Assembly: GCA_963824045.1 (NCBI GenBank)
Contig: CAWGNW010000006.1
Coordinates: 6,099-70,098 of the forward strand
DNA length: 64,000 nucleotides
Direction of reading: 5' to 3'
Source of the DNA: an uncultured Gammaproteobacteria bacterium
GTDB taxonomy: Bacteria; Pseudomonadota; Gammaproteobacteria; UBA9214
This document shows, in pieces, positions 1-8,667 of the stretch. Under the pieces are notes generated by a model. The model had not been told where the DNA came from, searched no databases, and saw nothing but the letters and a program-made list of their open reading frames with translations. The number at the start of each line of letters is the position of its first letter. The stretch's first letter is position 1. Position numbers and translations under genes: made by a program.

Positions 1-2
1 CA

Positions 3-455
3 CTGTCCCGGCGCATCAAGCTACGAGGCGATCTGGTGAAGCTTGACATCACTAACGAGGCAATCGCTGCAACAAATGCTGAGTCGAGCGAGTACTTTTA
101 TCATCTGAATCTCACCGGCAAGGATCTGATAATTCCCGGTGACCATAACAAGCTCGATCTGCGTCGCTCCGTTACAGAGACTGGCCGGACATATACCGCC
201 AGCCTCGACAACAAATACACCATCAAACGGTCCTGGAACCTGATTTCCCGGCTGCGCGCTGACTACCATGACCCTGCAGACGACAGCAGCTCCCGTTGGG
301 CCGCTACCCCGACTGTAAAAATGGAATACCGTCCGAAGAAACAGTTCGGCTTCCATATCGAGGCTGGCGGCAATGTCTCGAAGGACGAAAGTTCCGCCGC
401 GGATGACAGTCGCGCATCCTACTTTGTGAGCCTGGGATACCAGGCGAAGTTCTAG
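3..455 (+). CDS. 3' portion of an outer-membrane beta-barrel protein gene (5' end lies outside the window)
   Basis: The frame is open from the window edge to TAG 453-455. It shows amphipathic strand-like alternation and a terminal ...YFVSLGYQAKF ending in Phe (typical OMP beta-signal). Family not recognised. Confidence 0.45.
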   Translation: MSRRIKLRGDLVKLDITNEAIAATNAESSEYFYHLNLTGKDLIIPGDHNKLDLRRSVTETGRTYTASLDNKYTIKRSWNLISRLRADYHDPADDSSSRWAATPTVKMEYRPKKQFGFHIEAGGNVSKDESSAADDSRASYFVSLGYQAKF

Positions 456-753
456 CCGTCGGGCAGCCGGCAGCAGTCCAAAACTGATCGCGTTGGTATC
501 GCCCGCGGGGCCAGGACTTAGCCAGCCCTTTTTATCGCATACCAGCAAAACCTGTAATCTCTTCCGCAATTCAGGTATTTGCTACGCATAGCCACCCGCA
601 GGTTTGCAGTGTGAACCTGCACCTCTGTTTCACTTCGCGAATGTATTGCAATCTGTAAAGTATTTCAGACACCCGTATAAGCATGCGTTACATGTTTGGG
701 GATAACTGAGAACCATGTGCCGGGCTGCCAGGTTATTGTGTATAAACTGAACG

Positions 754-773
754 GGGAGCGCAGCAGCGCTCCC
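754..773 (-). terminator. candidate intrinsic terminator downstream of the 798-1205 ORF
   Basis: Perfect 8-bp stem GGGAGCGC/GCGCTCCC with a 4-nt loop, about 25 nt past the TAA at 798-800. On the minus strand it is followed by a moderately U/A-rich stretch (cguucaguuuaua). Confidence 0.35.
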
Positions 774-797
774 TCTTACCGTGCAACCGCCATGCTG

Positions 798-1205
798 TTA
801 ATTTATCGGGAAATACGACCGTTTCCACTGCGGTGTGTTCAGATATTCCATGATCGTAATCAGCTTCTGATTCATTGCATTCAACAGCTGTTGCATGGCA
901 TTGAGCTGGCTGCCCACCTCTTCCACGCACAGGGACATATTGTCCACACGTGCACCCGTGATGGCGTCATCAAGCGGTTCCCAGCCAGCGGATTCAAGTG
1001 CATCGGCTACATCCTGGAGTGAACCGGCCATCTGGTCCATGGTGGTGCAATCCGTAACCGCGGGGTTGTTTTCGGGGGTCTCACACACCTCCATACATTC
1101 TTCCCAGACTTTCTTTCCGTGTCCCTGTTGCAGCAACTCACAGACACCGTCATTATCGCCAATTGCATCCGTATCGTCTTCTGCACAGCCGAATTTGTCA
1201 TCCAT
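798..1205 (-). CDS. orphan hypothetical protein, 135 aa, acidic, 6 Cys, no signal peptide
   Basis: Longest ORF in an AT-richer stretch, with ATG at 1205 (MDDKFGCAEDD...). The N-half is Asp/Glu/Cys-rich and the C-half is helical and Q/N/L-rich (LNAMQQLLNAMNQKLITIMEYL). A hairpin follows the stop. An overlapping plus-strand ORF (696-1022) cannot be fully excluded. Confidence 0.4.
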   Translation of the reverse strand: MDDKFGCAEDDTDAIGDNDGVCELLQQGHGKKVWEECMEVCETPENNPAVTDCTTMDQMAGSLQDVADALESAGWEPLDDAITGARVDNMSLCVEEVGSQLNAMQQLLNAMNQKLITIMEYLNTPQWKRSYFPIN

Positions 1206-1212
1206 CGACAGC

Positions 1213-1295
1213 TGATTTACAGGACGAGACACATCCCGGTGTAGTGATTCTGGTAATCACCGGTAGTGCGGTCCTGGACCTGTAACTGTAGGAGC
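1213..1295. repeat. 83-bp direct repeat, copy 1
   Basis: TGATTTACAGGACGAGACACATCCCGGTGTAGTGATTCTGGTAATCACCGGTAGTGCGGTCC... aligns without gaps to 1388-1470 at roughly 85 percent identity. It ends 7 nt from the ATG of the 798-1205 ORF. Confidence 0.8.
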
Positions 1296-1338
1296 GGCCT
1301 CCTGGCCGCGATCGCGCCGAAGGACGGCGCTCCTACAG
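1286..1338. repeat. REP-like imperfect palindrome
   Basis: Perfect 11-bp arms CTGTAGGAGCG (1286-1296) and CGCTCCTACAG (1328-1338) enclose a GC-rich, partly self-complementary core containing GCGATCGC. The TGTAGGAGC...GCTCCTACA type resembles REP elements of gammaproteobacteria. Confidence 0.55.
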
Positions 1339-1387
1339 CAGGTTTTATGATTGGGTAAACTCGGGGCTGTAATCCGGTTTTGACATG

Positions 1388-1470
1388 TGATTTACAAGAC
1401 GAGACACATCCCGGTGTAGTGATTCCGGAATTCACCGGTAGTGCGGTCCGGGATCTGTACTAGTAGGAGT
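1388..1470. repeat. 83-bp direct repeat, copy 2
   Basis: TGATTTACAAGACGAGACACATCCCGGTGTAGTGATTCCGGAATTCACCGGTAGTGCGGTCC..., lying 175 bp from copy 1. Confidence 0.8.
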
Positions 1471-1716
1471 ACCCCAGAAATACCCCAATGGGCACAAGCG
1501 CCGTCCGCCAATGCCAGGTGCTGTCTGGAGACTGTCCAAATCTGTCAGATTTATTATTCATATCCGGTGAGATGAACGATTAAACTAGAGCGGCCACACT
1601 TCGTGCCGGGGCAGACCCTGCCGGGGATCTCACCCATCCCACCAGTTCAGGCAACCAGGGTTGACTGACGTGGCCGGGAAGATGGCGTCCGGATAATCAC
1701 TGTCAGGTAACCTGCC

Positions 1717-2052
1717 ATGGCCAGGCGTTCGACAAGACACCAGCCCCGGGATGCAAGCCGGGAAGAAGCCATGCGTGTTGCCCGTGGCACACAACGGCCC
1801 GGTCAGACCAGGGAACAGACCCGGCTGATTGCCCAGGGGATACAAAAGGGTATCGAGCAATACCGGAAGCAGCGGAATGCCAGGGCCAGAGAGCTGGACA
1901 GGAAGCTCAAGAAGGTAAAACAGCCAGTCTCGTCACCCGAGGCGCACGGTGTCGAGGTTCAGGAGAAGGTCATTTACCGGCAGCACCCGCTGCCCTGGGT
2001 GTTGCTTGTGCTCAGCTGGATCGCCGTGGTGGTCTTCTGGATTCTCACTTGA
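1717..2052 (+). CDS. DUF2956-like small membrane protein
   Basis: 111 aa with a basic N-terminus carrying PGQTREQTRLIAQGIQKGIEQYRKQ, which I recall as the DUF2956 signature. A single C-terminal TM helix follows (LPWVLLVLSWIAVVVFWIL). Confidence 0.6.
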   Translation: MARRSTRHQPRDASREEAMRVARGTQRPGQTREQTRLIAQGIQKGIEQYRKQRNARARELDRKLKKVKQPVSSPEAHGVEVQEKVIYRQHPLPWVLLVLSWIAVVVFWILT

Positions 2053-2279
2053 CCGCCTGACAGGAGCGCTGTTGTGGCCGGATGCAGCCGCACGGACAGC
2101 CGGGACTCAATTCTCCCGGGGCAGTCTGTTCTGCCTTGTATTTCCGCACCATCCGGTACGGGTGCCGCTGGCGTTGTCCTGACATGCCTGAACAGTCCTG
2201 CGGTAACAGGCAGCATTGCCGAAACAGGGATAGATAAAGTGCGGATTGAGGACAGTGTCGGATACTGTGCAGCTGGTCT

Positions 2280-4487
2280 GTGAGGATACTGATGGTTACA
2301 CACGAGAAGGGAATTGCCAGCACCGAGCGAATCTCGTTCTGGAAGCGGTACGGCCTGACCACCGGTGACGTGCTGGGGGGCATCGCAGGTTCTGCTGTGG
2401 CGCTGCCCCAGTCCATGGGTCTGGGTCTCGTACTCTTCACGGCGATCGGACTTGATGCGTCCACCGGGGCGATGGCGGGCTTGCTGGGGGCGGCGGTACT
2501 CTCCCTGAGTTCCGGTCTTGTCGGGGCCACGCGCGGGATGATCAGCGCCCCCAATGGCCCGGTCACCATGCTGCTTGTTACATCCCTTGCCAGCATGGTT
2601 GCAGAGGGCGTCCAGGGGCATGAACTGTTGCTCGCTCTGACCCTCATCCTGCTTCTCGCGGGTATGTTTCAGTTCTTTTTCGGGTATGCGGGGGGCGGGC
2701 ATCTGGTCAAGTACATCCCGTTTCCGGCGGTCGCCGGCCTGGTGACCGGCATCGGCATACTCATGATCCTGTCCCAGGTACAGTCATTGTCGGGTAGCGC
2801 AACCGGGGGAATGGACAGCCCGTGGATGGGCATACCGGCCCTGAGTGCGGTAATCACCCTGGCGGGCATCAGATTCACACCCGGGTATTTGCCGCGGTTG
2901 CCAGGTGTAATCGGTGGTTCCCTGGCGGGCATAGCCTGTTTTCACCTGCTCACACTGATTATGCCCGGCCCGGTTCCGGCTGCATGGGTAGTGGGGGAAA
3001 TACCCTCGCTGCACGGTATCGTCGACGTCCCCGAACTTGCCGCGTTTCGCGACTTGCCCTGGCGGCATATCCTGGCTTCCGCCCTGGCAGTAGCCGTGCT
3101 GGCCTCCATTGATTGCCTGCTGACGGCAGTGGTGGCTGACGGCCGGACCGGGGCACGCCACGACGCCCGCCGTGAGCTGGCCGCGCAGGGGACAGCGCAG
3201 ATCCTGGCCGGTTTGCTCGGTGGGCTGGGGGGCGGTGGAACCAAGGGCTCCACCCTGGTGGCTATCGAGAGCGGCGGACGCCGCTGGGCAGCAGTGGTCG
3301 CAGGCCTCACCTTTCTGTCTCTCCTGCTGTTCATGGGTCCCGTGGGACGGTTCCTTCCCGTCAGTGTACTGGCCGGCGTCATCATCTACGTCGGTATTGG
3401 CATGATAGACATCAACATCCTCGGCTGGATACAGAAGCGCCGGCTGCGCATGGACGCCATTGTGGCTGTCACGGTGATCGTGGTTACCCTGGCATACAAC
3501 CTGCTCGCAGGTCTGGTCGTGGGTGTGGTAGGTTCGGCGTTTCTTTTTATCCGGGGTCAGCTGTCGCTGCCCGTACTCCACGACCGTGCCAATGGCAAAC
3601 AGCGGCGCTCCCTGAAGGAGCGCAGCGAAGAAGAGCGTCTTCTGCTTGATGCCCACTGTAACCGGATCGTGTACGTGGAGCTGCGCGGCAATCTTTTTTT
3701 CGGTACCGCGGACCGCTTGTTCACCGAGCTGATGGCCGACCTGGAGAGGCCGGTGTGGATGGTGATCAATATGCGGCGCGTGCACCACATCGACACCTCA
3801 GCCATGTATATCATGCGGCAAATGGCATCCAGGCTGCGGCGCAACGGCGGAACCATGATTTATGCCAATGTGTTCAAACACAGCAGTGGCACCCGCAAGA
3901 TAAACAGGGCATTTCGGGAGTTGGGCAGAACTGTGGATCTGCCAAGGGTGAAGACTTTCGGCAGCACTGATGGCGCGCTGGAATACGCCGAGAACAAGTT
4001 GCTGCTTTCCCTGGGCTGGCAATCACCGGCAGGCAGTAACCGGGTGGATCTGGCAGCCAACAATCTGTGCGCCGACCTGAGCCCGTCGACTATCGCTGCC
4101 CTGTCCGGTGTGCTGCGCCCGCTGCAGCTGGACCGCAAGGCGAAGGTGTATATCCAGGGTATGCATGGCGATGCGGTCTACCTCGTACTGGAGGGTGAGG
4201 TGGAGACACGCCTGCCGACCGGGCGTTACCATTACAAGCGCGTCACCAAGATTGGTCCAGGCGGCTACTTCGGCAATCTCGCCTTTCTGCAGCCTGGCCC
4301 GCGTTCAACCACGGCAATAGTCATCAGGAAGGCGCATCTCCTGGTGCTTGACCGGGCCGCTTTGCAGTCACTGGAACAGCGTGGTGAGCATGCGGCTGCA
4401 CTGCGGATACTCGAATCAATCGTCAAGACAGTGACCGGGCAACTACGCTGGGCCCGCAGCGAGCTGGTCCGGATTGAATCAGGTTAG
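2280..4487 (+). CDS. SulP-family anion transporter with STAS and C-terminal cyclic-nucleotide-binding domains
   Basis: 735-aa ORF with a multi-TM SulP core (GMISAPNGPVTMLL, YIPFPAVAGLVTGIGILMI). A STAS-like segment follows (RIVYVELRGNLFFGTADRLF), then a cNMP-binding fold (VYLVLEGEVE...GGYFGNLAFL...PRSTTAIV). Start is uncertain (GTG 2280 or ATG 2292). Confidence 0.85.
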   Translation: MRILMVTHEKGIASTERISFWKRYGLTTGDVLGGIAGSAVALPQSMGLGLVLFTAIGLDASTGAMAGLLGAAVLSLSSGLVGATRGMISAPNGPVTMLLVTSLASMVAEGVQGHELLLALTLILLLAGMFQFFFGYAGGGHLVKYIPFPAVAGLVTGIGILMILSQVQSLSGSATGGMDSPWMGIPALSAVITLAGIRFTPGYLPRLPGVIGGSLAGIACFHLLTLIMPGPVPAAWVVGEIPSLHGIVDVPELAAFRDLPWRHILASALAVAVLASIDCLLTAVVADGRTGARHDARRELAAQGTAQILAGLLGGLGGGGTKGSTLVAIESGGRRWAAVVAGLTFLSLLLFMGPVGRFLPVSVLAGVIIYVGIGMIDINILGWIQKRRLRMDAIVAVTVIVVTLAYNLLAGLVVGVVGSAFLFIRGQLSLPVLHDRANGKQRRSLKERSEEERLLLDAHCNRIVYVELRGNLFFGTADRLFTELMADLERPVWMVINMRRVHHIDTSAMYIMRQMASRLRRNGGTMIYANVFKHSSGTRKINRAFRELGRTVDLPRVKTFGSTDGALEYAENKLLLSLGWQSPAGSNRVDLAANNLCADLSPSTIAALSGVLRPLQLDRKAKVYIQGMHGDAVYLVLEGEVETRLPTGRYHYKRVTKIGPGGYFGNLAFLQPGPRSTTAIVIRKAHLLVLDRAALQSLEQRGEHAAALRILESIVKTVTGQLRWARSELVRIESG

Positions 4488-4960
4488 TCCGCCACTGCCC
4501 ACAACCGTACCCGGCTGTGATCGGCGCCTTGCGGTGGTGACACGGTCCGATAGCTCTCTTCGATACCGTCATCGACCGCTTCACGTTGCAGGGCGATCAG
4601 CGTGCCGACGGGGTGCGCGGATAGCTCCAGCGTAAAGCCGACTTCCTCTTCAGCCGCGCTGCGGGCGGCGCTGTCGCTCGGGGCGCCACAATGGCGACGC
4701 AGGTGTGCGGCGATCCTGTCAATGACTCCGGACATTTCCGCGGGACTGATGTCGGCTACGGTGACCAGGCTGCTATGGCCGAAACTGTCCGTGCCGATGA
4801 AACCATGGTGAAACGCCTCGCGCTGTTTCGGGTCGTGTGTCTGCGGATCGATGTCCAGCAAGGCGAAGCTGCCCGGCACGGCCCACTCTCCGGGTTCAGC
4901 GGCATGCTCGAACACCTGCAGGTCGGAGGGGTCAAGTTGAACGCTGCGCAGGAAGTGCAT
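4484..4960 (-). CDS. conserved hypothetical protein co-transcribed with fdhD (DUF6505-like by recollection)
   Basis: 158 aa, with ATG 4960 only 3 nt after the upstream stop. The N-terminus MHFLRSVQLDPSDLQVFEHAAEPGEWAVPGSF resembles a DUF family I remember as FDH-associated. Not verifiable here. Confidence 0.5.
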   Translation of the reverse strand: MHFLRSVQLDPSDLQVFEHAAEPGEWAVPGSFALLDIDPQTHDPKQREAFHHGFIGTDSFGHSSLVTVADISPAEMSGVIDRIAAHLRRHCGAPSDSAARSAAEEEVGFTLELSAHPVGTLIALQREAVDDGIEESYRTVSPPQGADHSRVRLWAVAD

Positions 4961-4963
4961 GAC

Positions 4964-6781
4964 TCATTCCATTCCCCAGATCAGATCACCTGCGGGTTCC
5001 AGGTCATAACCGCTCAGCTGTCTGGCATATTCCCGGGTGTCCGCTCCGCGCAGGGCGTCCAGCAGTTTCTGGAACAGGGCGCGGAAATAGACGCTGCGTT
5101 TCAGCGCGAAGTCGAAGGCCTCCCAGCCGGTGGGTATGAAACCCAGACCGAATTCGGTGGCGCAGGCACGAACCCCCGGCGCGGCGTCAGCCTTTCCCAT
5201 GGCGATATGCGCGGCGGCTTCGCGTTCGGACAGGGATTGGTCGACGACCTGCAGGCGTGTTTCGTCCAGATCATGCTCGGCCAGCAACTCCTGCATGAAA
5301 CGATGGCTGCCGGCGCCATCCTGACGCAGCGACCAGCGCAGGTTGGCCAGCAGCGCGTCGGCGGTTGTCTCGCGAGGCAACAAGCCGGGGCGCAGCATCA
5401 GGCCCTGTTCGCGACGGAACGCGCGCACCAGTAACCAGGTCTTGTGCGCGGCAAAGCGTTGCAGCAGTGCCGGGTGCCGGATACGGCTTTCACTGTCGCG
5501 ACCCCAGTGGATACCGCTGACATCAGCGCGCATGGCGGCCAGCAGTCCCAGACCCAGTTGTGTCCCGGTCGGTGAGTAGCTGACCAGCGCGTGAGGTCCG
5601 ACGGAGGTGGCGAGTTCCAGTGCCACGTGCGCGAGCAGCGGATCGTCGCTGCCGACCACCAGCAGGCGGTCGGTGAACAGGCCGCCATGACTGGACTCCA
5701 GCAGCCAGTGATCCACCAGTTCGCGCGGGAACACCCATTTCCCGGTGATCTTGGTGGCGGGTATCTTGTCCTCGCGGACCAGTTCGTAGACTTTCTTTTC
5801 GTTGATATGCAGGTAACCGGCAACCTGACGCACGCTCATGAAGCGTGGCAGACTGTCTGCCTGCGTGACCGGGGCGCCGGCCTCCTGAGTAATCTCCACG
5901 TTCATGCCAAGGCCCTGGCTGGCCGCAAGCGGACGTCTTTCGGGCGGGGCATCGAAAATAAAATGCTCCGCGCCGCTGTAGACCAGGAAGTGGCGCCCCT
6001 TGGCGCGGGCAATGAGCGTCATACCCAGTTCCTGCGCCAGTCCCAGCCCCATGTGGGTGAGGCCCGAGCGCGACAGCAGCACCGGGATGCCCATGTGCGC
6101 ACACTTCATGACGATCTCCGAGGTAAGACGCCCGGTGGTATAGAAGATCTTGTCGCCGCCCTCGATGCCGTCCAGCCACATCATGCCCGAGATGGCATCG
6201 GCGGCATTGTGACGGCCAACATCCTCGATGAAGGTCAGAATGGCGGTATCGTGGCAGAGCGCACAGCCATGCACGGCGCCTGCCGCGCGGTAGATTTCAT
6301 TGTATTCGGTGATCGCTGCAAGCAAGCCGTAGACCGTCGACTGCCGCAGTGATACGGGCGGGAAGCGCACATCGTAGAGCTTGTCCAGGGTGCAGGAAAA
6401 CACGGTGCCCTGGCCGCAGCCGGTGGTGACGGTGCGTTTTGCGAGCTTGTGTTCCCAGTCACTGATGCCGCGTCCGGTCACGGTGGTCACCATTACCTGA
6501 TCGCGGTCCCAGTCGACTTCCACTGCGCGGATGGCGCGTATGTCCTCGAACAGACGCTGGTTGCGCAGATAGCCCAGGGTAAGCATTTCAGGGCAGGTAC
6601 CCAGGGTCATCAGCGTGACCACCTCGCGCCCGTCCACCTTGATGGTCAGCGGGGATTCACCGGCGATCTGGCCGTCGCGGCATTCGCCGAATTCATCGAC
6701 CGCCTGCACCGGGTGCGTGGGGCCCAAACCCGCCTGGGTCATGTACGGGCGGTAAGTGAGGGGCTGCGGCTGCATCGTCAT
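4964..6781 (-). CDS. fdhD: FdhD (formate dehydrogenase sulfurtransferase) continuous in frame with an excisionase-type HTH plus PBP-like molybdate/tungstate-sensor domain
   Basis: Residues 1-280 are FdhD-like (TTGCGQGTVF, EDVGRHNAADA, TGRLTSEIVMKCAHMGIPVLLSRSG). Next comes an HTH (MSVRQVAGYLHINEKKVYELVREDKIPATKITGKWVFPRELVDHWL). A roughly 250-aa PBP-like domain follows (LLVVGSDDPLL...SGIHWGRDS...GFIPTGWEAFDFAL). ATG 6781 overlaps the moaA stop (ATGA). Confidence 0.8.
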   Translation of the reverse strand: MTMQPQPLTYRPYMTQAGLGPTHPVQAVDEFGECRDGQIAGESPLTIKVDGREVVTLMTLGTCPEMLTLGYLRNQRLFEDIRAIRAVEVDWDRDQVMVTTVTGRGISDWEHKLAKRTVTTGCGQGTVFSCTLDKLYDVRFPPVSLRQSTVYGLLAAITEYNEIYRAAGAVHGCALCHDTAILTFIEDVGRHNAADAISGMMWLDGIEGGDKIFYTTGRLTSEIVMKCAHMGIPVLLSRSGLTHMGLGLAQELGMTLIARAKGRHFLVYSGAEHFIFDAPPERRPLAASQGLGMNVEITQEAGAPVTQADSLPRFMSVRQVAGYLHINEKKVYELVREDKIPATKITGKWVFPRELVDHWLLESSHGGLFTDRLLVVGSDDPLLAHVALELATSVGPHALVSYSPTGTQLGLGLLAAMRADVSGIHWGRDSESRIRHPALLQRFAAHKTWLLVRAFRREQGLMLRPGLLPRETTADALLANLRWSLRQDGAGSHRFMQELLAEHDLDETRLQVVDQSLSEREAAAHIAMGKADAAPGVRACATEFGLGFIPTGWEAFDFALKRSVYFRALFQKLLDALRGADTREYARQLSGYDLEPAGDLIWGME

Positions 6782-7801
6782 CCCCCGGTCAGGTTCATGT
6801 GGCGCAGGATGACGGGCTGTCCCTGCAGGTTGAACTCGTGGCCACGCGGCTTGATGGCCATGGCACTGACGATGCTGCGCTTGAGTCGCTCGCTATCGCC
6901 CGGATGGCCGCGCACGACACGCTTGAGGTCGCTGGCGTGTTCCTGTCCGAGGCACAGCAGCAACTGTCCCTGGGCGGTCAGCCGCACCCGGTTGCAGTCG
7001 GCGCAGAAATTGTGGGAGAGCGGCGAGATAAAACCCACACGCGTGTCGCTGTCCGCCGAGGCGGTAATAACGCGCCGGTCCGCCGGTCGATTCCGTGGTG
7101 GCGACCAGGTTCAGTTCCCGCTTCAGGTCCTCGAGGATCTCGTCGCTCGAATAGTACACTTCGGCACGGTCATGCTCGCGGATCTCGCCGAGCGGCATCT
7201 CCTCGATGAAGGAGATGTCCATGCCGCGCGCGGCGGCAAAGCGCGTGAGCGCCAGCGTCTCATCGTGATTGCGGTGCTTCATCACCACGCAGTTGAGCTT
7301 GAGGCGGTCGAAGCCCTGCTCAAGGGCGGCGTCGATGCCCTGAAGGACCGTGGCCAGATCGCCGGTGCGGGTGATCCGGCGAAAGCGTTCAGGGTCGAGG
7401 CTGTCCAGGCTGATGTTGATGCGGTTGACGCCGGCGGCTTTCAAATCCCTGGCGTACCTGGCCAGCAGCGAGGCGTTGGTGGTCAGCACCAGCGATTCGA
7501 GCTGCGGGATCCGGCGCAGCTGTTCGAACAACCACAGGATGTTGCGCCGCACCAGCGGTTCGCCGCCGGTGATACGGATCTTGCTGACGCCCAGTTCGCA
7601 GAAGGCGCGGGCAATCTGTCCGATTTCCTCCAGTGTCAGCAGGCGGCTGCGCGGTACAAAGGTCATCTCCTTGCTCATGCAGTACACGCAGCGGAAGTTG
7701 CAGCGGTCCGTGACCGAAATGCGCAGATAGGTGACGTGACGGCCGAAACGGTCAACCAGCCGCTCGGCGGTTACCTCAGGGAGCGATGTCGTCAGATCCA
7801 T
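6778..7801 (-). pseudogene. moaA: moaA (GTP 3',8-cyclase) interrupted by a +1 frameshift (true pseudogene or base-call error)
   Basis: The radical-SAM N-part (CNFRCVYC; ATG 7801 with a GGAGAG RBS) runs to ...STGGPARYYRL. The conserved C-terminus (GFISPLSHNFCADCNRVRLT...RHMNLTGG, stop 6778-6780) is in the +1 frame. Deleting one G near 7054-7059 restores ...YYRLADSDTRVGFISP... Confidence 0.85.
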
Positions 7802-8031
7802 GGAGTCTCTCCGGTTACGAAGATACTGCAGCAAGAAGCATACCCGCGGTGGGTGTCGGGCGGTCTATCGCCAAGTGACTGAGCACGAAAAGGTTTCACG
7901 CCAGGTAACCGAATCGGGTGGCGCCGGTTGCCGGATGCAGTTGGGTAATAATGACCCATTCCGGAATTCCCCCGGTTTCATCGCGCGTCACCGCAACGGC
8001 AACCGTGCAGGCGGTGGTACGGGACCGGCAT

Positions 8032-8667
8032 TCATGGCGGCGATGGATCCGGTGCTTCCCGGCGTGTCCGGGACAGGCCGGGCGTCTGTGACATTTTCGC
8101 CAGATCTTCGGGTGTGTTGACGTTGGTAAACGCGTTCGGCTGGTCGGAAAAATCCGCCAGCGCGAGACGGTGTTGCGCATACCACTGGTCGATCTTGCGA
8201 CCGTCGGCATCGAGGAAGCGCTCCAGGCTGGGCAGCAGCGACCGCTCCAGCAGGGCAAATACCGGCTGCATGCGCGTGCCGTCGTGCGCGACCGCGAGCT
8301 CGGCATCGGCCTGTGCCCGCGCGCGCAGCAGTCTGTCCACCAGATCCTGCGGCAGCGCCGGGGAGTCGCAGGGCACGGTGACCAGATAGCGCGTATGCAT
8401 CACCGACAGGGCGCTGGCCATCCCGGCAAGCGGGCCGTTGAACCCGCTGTGGCGGTCCTCGATGACCGGGTAGCCCATGCCGGCATAGCGCTCGATATTG
8501 CGGTTGGCGTTGATGAGGATCGTGTCGACCTGTCCCTGCAGCGCTATGAGTGCGTACTCGATCAACGGCACCTGGTTGAGTTCTATCAGCCCCTTGTCCT
8601 GTCCACCCATGCGCCGGGCGCGCCCGCCCGCGAGTACCACGGCAGTGACATCGGAGGACGGCTTCAT
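8032..8667 (-). CDS. mobA: molybdenum cofactor guanylyltransferase MobA
   Basis: MKPSSDVTAVVLAGGRARRMGGQDKGL...GPLAGMASAL...VPCDSP motifs. ATG 8667 overlaps the tupC stop (ATGA). Confidence 0.85.
   Translation of the reverse strand: MKPSSDVTAVVLAGGRARRMGGQDKGLIELNQVPLIEYALIALQGQVDTILINANRNIERYAGMGYPVIEDRHSGFNGPLAGMASALSVMHTRYLVTVPCDSPALPQDLVDRLLRARAQADAELAVAHDGTRMQPVFALLERSLLPSLERFLDADGRKIDQWYAQHRLALADFSDQPNAFTNVNTPEDLAKMSQTPGLSRTRREAPDPSPP

Noticed and set aside
1213-1470. The 83-bp repeats as a CRISPR array or integron attC sites
   Set aside because: There are only two copies with a 175-bp period, and the 'spacer' is itself a palindrome, so this is not CRISPR-like. I could not find RYYYAAC/GTTRRRY attC core sites or an integrase nearby.
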